Source: Bilabrum cf. latius (taxonomy: Eukaryota). Taken from it: a DNA stretch of 64,000 nucleotides. The notes below the pieces were generated by a model that was given only the letters and a program-made list of their open reading frames with translations, had not been told where the DNA came from and searched no databases. Both the position numbers and the translations under genes were made by a program. Positions within the stretch are counted from its first letter, which is position 1, and each line of letters starts with the position of its first letter. Shown piece after piece: positions 25,308-37,256 of the stretch. The stretch is taken from contig OZ237746.1 of assembly GCA_965178125.1 (NCBI GenBank), positions 558,001 to 622,000 of the forward strand, read 5' to 3'.

Positions 25308-27105
25308 ATGTCTAGGTCAAGTGGATTGCGTTTTGATGGCCGCGTCGCTATTATAACTGGGGCTGGTCGGGGCCTTGGGAGGGCGTATGCATTGCTTCTA
25401 GCATCCAAAGGCGCGTAGGTAAGCTTGGCCCAATCACTCAATCTGGGATTCTAGACCCTACAGCTACTCATTAAAAAGCCAGATATCATGGACTATGTTC
25501 TATTTGAGCGCAGGTCGTTGTAAATGATCTAGGAGGTCCTGTTGGGGGCGATGCGGGCCACGACGTTCGTGTTGCAGATCAAGTTGTTGCTGAGATCCGC
25601 AAGCTGGGCGGCCGAGCTGTAGCAGACTACAACTCCGTCACAGATGGGGAAGCCATTATAAAAACAGCGATGGATGCGTTCGGGAGAGTCGACATAGTCA
25701 TTTGCAATGCTGGCATTATCCGGGATGTCAGCTTTCACAAGATGAAGGAATCCGATTGGCAATCAGTGATGGCAGTACATTTGGAAGGGGCGTTTAAGGT
25801 AGTTAGGGCTGCTTGGAACCCGATGAGGGAGCAGCGGTACGGTCGTGTGATCTTGACGTCGTCTGCCGCTGGTCTCTACGGGAACTTTGGGCAGGTGAAT
25901 TACGCCGCCGCCAAGCTTGCACTGGTAAGATCAACTCAGTTTACTGGCCGATCCTGCTGAAATGCGCTAATGTCATTTATTATGCACTCGGTGCTACGGT
26001 CAAGACCGTTCCCCTGCGTCCCAACGCACCTCCCGCACAACCCATTTCTCATCCCGTCGCTCTGCAGGTGGGCCTTGCTCGCACTCTCGCCATCGAGGGC
26101 CAGCGGAGGGGCATCAACGTGAACGCCGTGGCCCCCGTGGCAGGCACGCGCATCACAGCCACCGTGCTCCCCGAGGACCTGCTGCAGGCTCTCAAGCCAG
26201 AGGCAGCGGCACCCGTGGTGGGCTGGCTCTGCCACGAGGACTGCGACACGACCGGGGCGGTGATCGAGACGGGGGCCGGGTGGTCTGGTGCCCTGAGGGT
26301 GGAGCGGTCTCCGGGAGCTTTCTTCTCCGATGCCGTCGGGGGCTCGCAGGCGGGAGCGGATCCCGAGTACGTGAGGCGGGAGTTCACGCCCGAGAAGGTG
26401 CTGCGGAAGTGGGGCGAGGTCATGGATTTCGGCTCCGGGTCGGCTCGATCCCCAGAGCACCCTAGCAGCAACCAGGACGCGATCATGAAGATCATGGAGC
26501 TCGTGCAGCAGCTGCCAGAGAAGCCTGCTGATGCGGCCACGGCGAGTGGTGCGAGTGCAGGCAGGGCGGATGCGAGCACCACAGTATCCTGCAGCAGCAG
26601 CAGCAGCAGCGGTGGTGACGAAGCTCACGTTGCTTCCTCAGCCTCTACTTCCTCAGCCTCTGCATCGTCAGCTGATGGTGACTCGGAGCCGTTCGAGTGG
26701 AGCGCAGCAGCAGAAGGCATGGCCTCTGCGGCTGTCTTCAAGGTGCTGCGGGGTGCCATGGCGGTGCACGGGGAGGACTTGAGGAACAAGGTGGACAGCC
26801 GGATCATGTTTCGGATCAAGCCAGACGGGAGGTGGCTCCTCGACCTCAAGAGTAGAGCGCCCCCTGCCGAGGGAACAAGCGGGCCTCACTGGCGGCTGGT
26901 GGAAGTGCCAGAGGGCAGCAAGCCCGAGGTTGATGTGGTACTGGCGGTGAAGGACGAGGACTTCATGGCCCTCGTGGCGGGCACGTCATCCCCTCAGGGC
27001 CTGTGGATGCAGGGCAAGCTCAAGGTCAAGGGCAGCCTGCAGGTGGCGGGCAGGCTGGCCCCAGTGTTCAAGGCCGCAAAGAAGTTCAGCACGGCCAAAC
27101 TCTGA
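25308..27105 (+). CDS. Peroxisomal 3-hydroxyacyl-CoA dehydrogenase SDR + SCP2 (MFE-2/DHS-28-like, no hydratase domain)
   Basis: [48 protein letters not shown]-terminal SCP2 and PTS1 AKL. TAG 25416-25418 is the last codon of exon 1. Introns 25419-25513 and 25925-26067. Confidence 0.9.
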
Positions 27106-27166
27106 GTGTCTCCTTGATTTAAGGTTAACTTAGCCTTATTTTGGCACTTCCAGCACTACTCCATAA

Positions 27167-30100
27167 CCGGCGCCGTGAAAGGTCCGCCATTATTGGCATT
27201 CCGAGTCCCAAAATCGCGACCATCGTGCCTTTAGGCTCCCATTGCTGAGAACTGGACCAATTTCTTGGGTGAATTTACATTGCAAAAATATCTTATGTAA
27301 CATTTAAATGTAATGCAGTCCCAACGGAGCCATGCAATTCGCAGCATTAGACTGAAAACGAGTCGTGCTTGCGACCACCATTTTTGGCGACCACCCCCAG
27401 CCCAAGATTTTACTCGCTGGCAAGGGGTGCCAGATGCACGCACCGTGTGCCGCCAAAAAAGCTTTTATTTGGTTTCTGTTGGTATTTAGTAGTTAAAAAC
27501 ATATTTGACAACATGTTATCAGGTCACTAGGCTCATTCATTAGCAATCCAGCGAAATTTGGCTGCCATTCCAACACACGTCGGTTCAAACGGTTCCAAAA
27601 TTTGCAGGGCATTTATACCTTAGCGCAATAGACTTTTAACACACTGGCACTACTGTTGAGGTAAACGGGTATTAAATACAATATCATGTGGAGGATTACG
27701 TCTACGTTTGCGAGAACAACGAGTGGGAGGCGATAAAGTCGCTCCAGCGGCGCGTCCGAAGTTGGGTCTCGGGGTGCAAGTGCCCCTGGTGGGAGTGCCT
27801 CGTCTCGGCGTCACGAGCAGAAATCCGCCAAACTCAGGATCATCGATCAAAGTGAGTACGGTATTGTTATGGTTGGTGGAATTGCATGGGCTCTAGCCGG
27901 CTAGTTTCGGGGTACCGTACAATCTGCCGCAGAGGCACCGGAAGCCACGAATGTGGCACTCATTGACAGTATCCATGCATCCGTGGTATGCTTGACGAGG
28001 TGTTGGTTGAATAATCATTTCATGGTGATGTGGACGAGCTTAAATAATTCTACAGAGGTATAATAGGGCCACAATCGGGCTTGCGTCCTGTGCAAAATTG
28101 GCCATGCACGGTGTTGCTGCAAGGCCACTGATATCAGCCTTCATCGCTTATTTGTGCTTAGCCTTCGCAGAAGCATCTCAGTCAATCCCAAAATTCTCAT
28201 TGGAGTCTTGTAAACCTATATCTAGCGTTTCGGTTGCTAGCAAGTAGTCAGGAAGCAGCCCGTCCCATGCGGCCAGTTCGAGCCGACGCGCTGGGTTCAA
28301 GCGTAAACGGCAAGAGGACAATGCAAATAAATCGACAAAAGATGATGATTTACGTGATTTGTTGGGCGAAGCATAGGCCAGCGATGATGATATGGACTAT
28401 GTCGGCGATTCAGACGAGGACGAGCAGGTATCCAGTCGGTCTGCAACTTTGAGCCGGCCTCAAGTGCAGCATCGTAGGAGGCAGTAGGCTCACCAAGCAA
28501 AGCGGCGCAGAATAGAGCAATATGAAAGTATGTTTCCTATGGACAAAATTGCATCGTTGGTTGACGAGCCTGAATATAGGTACTTCGTGAATGACCGGGT
28601 TGTGATTGGCGGTGATGGGATCCCGATCGCTCGCACAGCGGCTACTTATGTGGCTGCTACTGAGTATGTCAAAGGCTGGATGACGGCTCATCATGAACAA
28701 CCAATATCTCCAATACGCATTCTGTGCTCGCTGGTGCCTCTCGATATTGCATTTCCGTGGCGAGGCACTGCAGCGGCAGAGGTAGCTGGCCAGGCAGCCG
28801 GCCAGCCGGCAGCGACCAACCAATGGACATGCCAGTTGCGATGATGTTCCTGGCCGTGGCATTGACTCTGTCTCTCATCCGACCCCGGATACCTTTAGAA
28901 TAACTGCAATCAAAGTAGTTCCTGGTGCGCATGAAAGACGATATCGTAGTGCAAGACTGGAATCGGTTCCATCGAAACTTGTCTTTCGCCGGGAGGTTGC
29001 AGGAGGCTCCGGCACCCCTGCTGGCGGAGGAGCGCGCCACAATGAGGCTAGGGAGTGTGGGCAGTCCTCGCGAGCGGGTACTCATAGAATATCTATCAGG
29101 CATGCTAGATACAGTTTCAGAGTACTTTCGTGCGGCTACTTCGAGCCCAAAGAGCATCGCCGTTGATGAGATGATGGTGATGGCGAACGGCCGAAATCGG
29201 GCATGTGTCATCATGCCGAACAAGCCCACATCGCATGGCTTTAAGCTATGGGCAGCTGCACGAAAAGACGGGTATGGGTACCATTTGGATCTAGCAACAT
29301 CTGTTGCCGATGATACACGATAGTACAGGGGGAAGGCTGAGTACTCGTATAAGGTAGCAACCGGTAGCGGTGCCGCTGCCGGGTAGCTGACCCGGATGGA
29401 CCTGCAAACAGCAGCTGTTGCGTCAAAGGCAATGGACAAAAACTTGAATGGGGGCCTTCTAGCGGTGGATAACTACTTTAAATCGGCTCCACTGTGTGAT
29501 TGGGCCACCAGCAAAGGCCTTCGGGTTGTTGGCACGCTTCGCCAAGGCAAAGTGAGCGGTGAGCTGTACCACGCGATTGGCAAGCTGAACAGACGAACCC
29601 CAGGCGAACGCGGGCAGGCTGTGAAGCGCGCTCCTCCTGGGTCCAGCAAAGTCTCTTCATGTCATGTAATAGCTGATGATGTTTTTGATGCGAGTGAGCT
29701 TCCTGCGGGATCGCTGCTGGCCGAAGAGGACCTTGGCAGTCGGGGCCTGTTGAGCCCTGGCCAGACAGTAGCCTTTGACTCGCCAGTTGATTCAGCTTCT
29801 GGGATGCAAGTTTTTGGATACTGTGCCCGCGCACCATTTCTTATGGCTTCTAACATTCCTACGAAGTACTTTGTTCGGTTGGTAAAGAAGCTACGGAAAG
29901 ATGGTGGCGAACTGAGTGTGGTGAACGCGCCCCTCGTGTCCGTCCTCTACAACAAGTACATGGGGGGTGTGCATCTAGCTGACAAGTTCCGGACGCAACT
30001 TTCGCTAACAAATGCATTCCAGGGAGAGAATAGGGCATACTTAAGAGTGTGGGAAGGTTTAATGGAGCAAGTTATCGTCAATACGTACATCATCTGGGTC

Positions 30101-31062
30101 AACTTGGAGGCACGTCGACTGCTACGCCACGGACCCAGTCGTCGGCAAGCTGCTGGAGCTAGCAACGAATCCGTTCAGGAACAGGTTTAGCACATGGTGC
30201 TGCATCGACAAGCTCATGTTATGTTTGTGCAGCTGTTGTATGACGAATTGATGCGTCCTTACCGACATGCACGTGCAGGAACTCGCGGTGCTGCAACCTC
30301 AGCTGGGATGCGTGCGGAGGCGACCCCCGGGAACCTTGGATGTAGAAAGCAGCACACGGTAGCTACGCTGCTGGGCTCGCTCCATTTGATTGGAAAGGAG
30401 TAGTTACAAGCAGGACTGATTAAATTTCTCAGTAGCGGACGATCAAAGAACCGTCGAGTGGGGTGCAGCGCCAAGTGCAAGGACTCCAGATGCAGCAAGC
30501 GGCAGCATCATTAGTCAGTTTCTTCCTATAAAGTGTGTTCACGCTGCTGCAAGTTCATTTGTGGGGATTGTAAAGAATCTATGTATCATCTGTAAACAGG
30601 ATTTGGCTGTGATGTGGATATAGTTGATATTAATGCCAAGTAAGTGGATGCGCAAGAATCGGGTCACGAAGCACGTCATTCATGGCAGGTCCACATTCGA
30701 TTCAATATCTTGTAAACCGTTCGGTAACTTTTTTGCGCTAAGACTTATATATAATATAACTACCAATTAATTCAAAAAAGCTTGTTTATTTCTCAAGCAT
30801 GCCTGCTTGGACAAACTTCTGCAGTATCAAAGTAGCCCTTCCTGAAAATCGAGCGTATGGTTTCATGACCACCAAGTATACTATTCTCGCAAGCTCATCA
30901 ATGAGTAACTCTCGCAATCGATAGTTAACTTATACAATTTTCAATATTTTGATATTATTTTAGGATTACTTGAATGGTACGCGAGAATCGGTAAGGTGAA
31001 CTCATGGTACCGATATCGGCGATACCGGTCGGTCGGCCAAATCCGACCTTTCACGGCGCCGG
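27167..31062 (+). mobile_element. piggyBac-like DNA transposon (3.9 kb), degenerate
   Basis: 18-bp TIRs CCGGCGCCGTGAAAGGTC at 27167-27184 and 31045-31062, flanked by the 4-bp direct repeat ATAA (27163-27166, 31063-31066). Contains a piggyBac transposase. Confidence 0.9.
28234..30595 (+). pseudogene. piggyBac-family DDE transposase with C-terminal Cys-rich domain
   Basis: SIAVDEMM, NKPTSHGFKLW, AVDNYF, VVGTLR, YNKYMGGV(H)LAD and CxxC motifs. About 8 in-frame TAGs. Frameshift near 28750, internal TAA at 28901, terminal TAA 30593-30595. 5' end uncertain. Confidence 0.85.
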
Positions 31063-31081
31063 ATAAGTAAATAAATTTTGT

Positions 31082-32821
31082 TCAGTTGATGCCAAGCGTC
31101 GTTCCATCCAGGACCTACGAGGGTAGCTTCTCCCCACCTCCGGCTCTCCCAGCAGAGGCAGCCTTGCCACCTTCCAGCCCATCATGATCCGATCCCGTCT
31201 TCCCTTCCGCTCTCTCGTCCAGCGCCAGCCGACGCAGGCTCTGGCTCGTCCCCAGAGTCATCAGCCCGCACGCCACCGTCGCGGCCGGCAACAGCCCGTT
31301 CAGCACCGCCGGCTCTTTGGCCAAGATGCCCGTCAGGCCCACCAGCTGCATCAGCAGCGTGCCGGCGTTGAATATCACCTGGATCAACCCGTTCGACACG
31401 CTCTCAGGCACCGGGTGCGTCAGCTCGGCCACCAGCTCCACAGCCGCGGGCGTCACCGCGCTCAGAAAGAAAGACCCCACGCTCGCCAGAGCTACCACAG
31501 CCGCGTGCGTGCCGGGCACAACCTCGAACACGATCAGCGCGAACACCACGAACGCAACAGAGCTCAAAAAGAAAAACAACAGCATCGTGAAGCGGTACGA
31601 CCGCGTCCAGTCCAGCCACGGACCTACCAACAGACCGCCCATGCAGCCCGTGATCGTAGACAGAAACCCGAGCCAAGCCACCGAGTGCGCCAGGCTCCCG
31701 GCCCCGTGCACAGCCGCGCTCTGGTCGAAATGCCAGGGGGCACCCCCAAGCAGCACGCCAAGCAGCGACGTCCACGCCGAGTAGAAACCCGTTGAAATAC
31801 CCATGGCAAGCGCGATCAGCAGGAAATTCCTACGCGACAGCAGCACCCACCACAGCCGCAGCACCTGGCACGCGTCCAGCCGAGACGAGCTCTGGCCCGC
31901 AATGATGGCCTCGGCCTCGGCCGTGTCTAGCGCCGCTTGCCGCCCTGCCTCAGTGGGGGGCTCAGCTGCTCCTACAGTACCGATGGGCGCTCCCCCATTC
32001 AGCGATGGCAGCATGTCTCCGTCGCCTGCCGCTCGCTTCTCGTCCACTGATGCAACGAGCAACCCTGCTTCCAGCCCGTCTGCAGGCAGCAGTGCAGCCC
32101 CCATACCGCCGTCGTAGGACTTGCCTATTTTTGCATCATCCAGCGCCCCCTTACCTCCACCACCCGTCTCCGCCTGCTCGCCCCGCAGGTCTCTTGCCAC
32201 CGCTCGAGCCTCGGCATCGGCTGCAAGAGCAGCCGCGGCGGAGGGAGGGGTAGGCGGGCCTTCGGGAAAATAAACGAGCAGCAACAGTCCTGCAGCAGCC
32301 TATACACCGCTAATAATCTAGAGCATTCTTTCAATAGACAGCTGATTCGTCAAAAATGGCACGAGTAAGAACCCGACAGCCGATCCAACGGAGTTAGCAA
32401 TGAGAGAGATTGCCGTAGCAGTAGCGCGCTCGCCGGATGGAAACCAAGCAAGCGCTAGCTACGGCGGCGGCGTTAGGACCAGCGGTCCACCGAGCCCATT
32501 GATTGCATGTGCAACGTGAATCATCCAGACCTGACTTGGCTCGTGCACGAATGCGCGCAGCAGCGCACAGGCAACCATGCAGGCAGCTAGGGATATCGCT
32601 ACGAAGCGAAGACCGCGACCACTTGCAAGGAAAACCCCTGGGAAAAAGAAAATTGGTCCATAGGCTGCAATGATATCAACATCATTAGCAGTGAGTCCCA
32701 GCTCGGACTTTGCAGCGTCAGGAATCACTCCAAACGTCAGCCACACTGTACACTGTATCGTGCTAAGGAGTGAAAACAACAACAAAACATACCAGCGCTA
32801 CCAGTACACAGTATACTTCAT
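31082..32821 (-). CDS. MFS transporter, FLVCR/SLC49-like (copy 2, inverted paralog)
   Basis: Colinear with copy 1. TAGs near 32798 and at 32459, 32318, 32300, 31115. Ends TGA at 31082. Start could be 32863. Confidence 0.85.
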
Positions 32822-32966
32822 ACTCGCCGTGCTATACGTCACTTTTTCCAACAGCAACTGCATTACTGGCTATTGTAAGGTGTACGTTAAATAGGCGCTT
32901 GCTCGGTTTCGATGCAAGCAGTATAACTTCAACAGTGATTAAAGTAAATTATTTCAACGGCCAAAT

Positions 32967-34542
32967 ATGGCGGATGACCAGCGAGATGTAGCCAAAGACG
33001 ATGCTGAGCAGCAGGGATCATAGGCGCCTGCCCCAGCATCCGGGGCGGGAATGAGCGATGGCGCTCAGCCGATGGACCAGGATGAGCTGCTGGAAGGGTC
33101 AGAACTGGAAGAATTGAGGTCTCTTAGTGCCGATGAAATTAAACGACGAACCAGAGATATGAAGAGGTAGCTGAACGTGGTGAAGAGTAACTTGAAAAGT
33201 GCGATGGTGGCGACCAAGAAAGAAGAAAAAATGGCCCACGACGCCCGAGAAAGATTCAAGCTGAACGTGCAGCTGCCATTTCTTGTTGCAAACATTGTAG
33301 AGGTAAGCTTTGTCGGTTCATATTGCAGAATTCGCTCGTTTCGAGGGCAATATGAAGGTGCCACGGCTCGCGATTCGAAGCGTGGTCATTGCACGATTAC
33401 GAAATGGGGCGCACCGACCGCCCCCAGCCATTGCATCGAAGAATATACTGATCTTGTAAATTTTTTCCCCGTGCACGCGCGTGCAGGTGCTCGATCTTCC
33501 GGAAGAGAGCAAAGAGGAGGATGAGGACGCTACGATGCAGTCTGCCGAGGACCAGCTCAAGGGCAAGGCCGTCGTGGTCAAGACTACCACTCGCCAGACC
33601 GTTTTCTTGCCAACAGTAGGTCTTGTTCCCGCCAAGGAACTCACTCCCGGCGACATGGTAGGCGTGAACAAGGACTCGTACGTCATTCTGGAGAAGCTGC
33701 CGGCCGAGTACGACACCAGGGTGAAGGCCATGGAGCTTGACGAAAAACCCACAGAGGACTACGCCGACATTGGCGGGCTTTCCAAGCAGATCTAGGAGCT
33801 TGTGGAGGCCGTGGAGCTCCCCATGAAGCAGGCAGACCGCTTCAAGACCATCGGGATCCAACCGCCCAAGGGGGTGCTCATGTACGGCCCCCCCGGGACC
33901 GGCAAGACACTGCTGGCTAGGGCATGCGCGAAGAACACGGACGCCGTGTTCCTCAAGCTGGCGGGGCCCTCGTTGGTGCAGATGTACATCGGTGACGGGG
34001 CCAAGATCGTGCGTGACGCCTTCGAGCTGGCCAAGGAGAAGTGCAAGGAGAGGAGCGGAGCCATCATCTTCATCGACGAGATTGACGCGGTGGGCTCCAA
34101 GCGGTCGGGGGGGGACGAAACGGGGGACAACGAGGTGCAGCGCACGATGCTGGAGCTGCTGAACCAGCTGGATGGGTTTTCCTCAGACACGAGGATCAAG
34201 GTCATCGCAGCCACCAACCGCCCCGATATCCTGGACCCCGCCCTCATGCGGTCCGGCCGGCTGGACCGCAAGATCGAGCTGCCGCACCCCACCGAGGCCG
34301 CCCGCGCGGAGATCCTGCAGATCCACAGCCGCAAGATGAACGTGAACAAGGACGAGGTGAACTTCAGGGAGCTGGCCAGGTCCACGGAGGACTTCAACGG
34401 GGCCATGCTCAAGGCAGTGTGCGTGGAGGCGGGCATGATCGCGCTGCGGAGGGGGGCGGCCGTGATGGAGCACGAGGACTTCGTGGAGGGCATCCAGGCC
34501 GTGCAGATGAAGAAGAAGAAGAGCCTGCAGTACTACGCGTGA
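32967..34542 (+). CDS. PSMC3: 26S proteasome regulatory ATPase subunit 6A (Rpt5)
   Basis: [32 protein letters not shown]-[TAG]-[25 protein letters not shown]-terminal LQYYA. TAGs at 33021, 33168, 33793. Intron 33303-33486. Confidence 0.97.
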
Positions 34543-34835
34543 GCGGCCGCGGAGTACTCCGCATGGATGGAGCTTGGGCTGTGAGGCTGATGGGGTATCA
34601 CGCAGTGGGGCGAGTGGAAGTGCTGAAACACAATGAGCTGGCAGTGGATGATCACAATTCCAATTCTGATCCAAGCAAACGAAATCAACTCTAGCTCAAT
34701 GGCGCTGGCTAGCCGTTGCATGCAGCTGTCACATGCGAGTCGTTGGCATTGCACTCGTCACGCCACGATTACTGAACCGATCTTGACGAATCTAGTACAA
34801 CGGTCCTCAAGCTGGCATACAGGGGGCCTCCTCAC

Positions 34836-35419
34836 TCAACCCATCCCATCGTCCATGGGCACTGCTGGCCCCCCTGTCGCCATGCCACCGGATCCACCAC
34901 GGCCAGCGAGCATCGCCCCGGTGCCACCGCGAGCTTGCCCCAGAGCGCCCTGCCTCCCGCGCCCCACCAGCCGCTGCCTCGCCGAGGGACCGACTGCTCC
35001 AGGGGACCGAGTGGCGCCCTGCCTGGGAGAGTGAGAGCCCCACGGGCTGAAGCTGCGCGAAGGTGCACTGCCTTGCGCTGCCCGCAGGCCCAACCCCCCG
35101 TCGGGTGCTGCATTACCCTCCACAGCGCCATGAAGGAGATCCGCCAGCTCGCCCAGCACAGAGCCGAGCGTTGCGGTGCAGTGCCACCGCTGCAGGCAGG
35201 GCAGCCGCACCACCCTTGCCCCGGGGTGCACGGCGCCCAGAAACTCCTTGAAGCGCAGAGAGCGCAGGCCGGACTGCTCCTCGCCCATGACGGGCTGCCT
35301 GGCAAACCCTAAAGCCCCACCCATGGCTGCGGGTCCAGTGCCAGTGCCATTGCCAGTCCCACCAACCCCCCACATCTGCGCGCTGAACGCGTCGCTGGCT
35401 TGCCTGCCCCATTTCATCC

Positions 35420-35456
<37 letters not shown>

Positions 35457-36977
35457 ATCTTCATCTTCATCGTCGTCCTCGTCATCCGCAGCCATCCCGT
35501 CATCATGCTCATCTGCATATGCCCCATCCCCATCCCACTCCCCCTTGGCTTCGGCCTCGCGGCCGTCCTGGCTCGCCGCCCCCATGGAATGCATCGACTG
35601 GCCCGAGGCGCGACTGATGCTCAGGCGAGAAGTGGGTGCACCATCCTGCCCCTGGCCACTGGCACTGGCACTTGCAGCGCTCCCGAAGAAGCCTGGACGG
35701 GGCATGGCACCATCCTACCGTGCCGCCAGACCTGATGCTGCGTCTGCCCCCATGGACACCTGGCCGATGGGTGCACTGCCTTGCGGTAGCCACCCTGGGA
35801 CAGCCCCCCCAACGCCCTAAATTTGAGCCTGGGCCTCCATTACTGTGGTCGTTGCCGGCGCTGATCGAATGCAAGCGCTGTGACCATCTGTGGAGCCAGG
35901 CCATCCCTCCACCGGGCCCGTGGAGGAAGAGGAGGACGAGGAGGAGGAGGACGATCGAGGGGGCTGGACCACTGACGCGGACCATAAGCCCCCGTCCTCC
36001 ATGGGTGACGCACCTGCCATCGCTGCAGAGCCGGCGGCCCGGGGGGGAGCAGACCGGGGCATGCGGTGCTGTGCATGTGCAGAGGGTGCCGAGTGCTGTG
36101 CATGTGCAGAGGGTGCCGAGCACCCGGTGTCTGAGGCGGAGGCAGTGGATTCGGAACCAGCAACGGACAGGGGAGCCTCGCTGGAGCAGCCTCCATCGAT
36201 CGTGTCGCTGCTGGACCCGCGCTGTAGCCTTGGGTTCTGCTCCTTCCATGTCTCTGGTCGCATGCTCGCAACTGCTCGCACGCCCGGTCGAGCCGCGTGC
36301 TGCCTTCGAATGGCAGCCCTCCCAGCCGCTCTATCCCTCGGTGATTGCTACAATATGGTAAGTTGAGGCTGTGTCATGGCTGCAGCAGTGCCACGCTTTC
36401 CCTCCCTCCTTGAAAACGTCGCCTTGAGCTCGTCCTCGGTTGGCGCGGTGCACATCGGAATCCAATTTCTGGCCGAACCGAGCAAATCACCGGAGACATC
36501 GATCAGGACCGGGGGTTTATGCGGATAATACCTTCCAATATGAATAACTACTGCTCGCTGGCATGGATCCATACCCGTATACACCTTGGCTGGGTCCACA
36601 TACACTAGAATGCGGAGGTCATCGAGACGCTACACCTCGACAACTGCGCCTTGCTTGGTTGTAGCAAGCTCTTCGAGGTCTGCGATTATGAAATAGCAAT
36701 GTTCAGCTGCTTTAACGGCTGCAGGGCAATTGTGTGTGCTTCAGCTGAAGTGGACCTGGACATCGGACTACTGATAAGCAACTGAGATCCGCTGCTTCTG
36801 GAACAAAAGCGAAATCAGCGTCTTACCGTGTTTTAGTCTCAATTGTCCGGATGAGCTCAGCGCTTTCCGTCGCTTCTCCGCCCTTGGATGGCAATGTGCC
36901 TGGTCATCCTCGTTGCTGCTTCGTGCTCGCTTTCTGCCTCGACGGATCCCTGGGCTTGCAGCGAAATGAACTTCCAT
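34836..36977 (-). CDS. UBC-fold (Ubc12-like) protein interrupted by a large low-complexity insertion; probably catalytically inactive
   Basis: SSGQLRLKHDLEEL, YYPHKPP, and a distal VRLPCLQRWHCTATLGSVLGELADLL. Intron 36680-36826. TAGs at 36630, 36348, 35817, 35715. Confidence 0.55.
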
Positions 36978-37256
36978 AATTGGGTGGAGACTCTTAATTT
37001 ATGAGGATGAGAAAAGGCACAGCAACGTACGGGGAGTTTGTGCCTGTTCTAATGCGCCTTGTTGGGTGCGCGAAAATGCCGGTCACTTCAATCGTCACCG
37101 CCGCCGGCGATCCATGGCCCACGCTGCCAGCGGCTTTCGTCAGCATACCCTTTAAGTGTGGACACATCGAGATTGCGCCGTCCAAACGTATCCCTTATTC
37201 AATCACATTCCAAGTTCAAGCGACCGAAAACTGAATCTGCCCCCCGATTAGGATGC

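Noticed and set aside
33793-33795. TAG as pyrrolysine, Leu, Glu or programmed read-through
   Set aside because: Paralog swaps with CAA/CAG, poly-Gln context and conserved Gln sites point to Gln, and the frequency is too high for special-case recoding.
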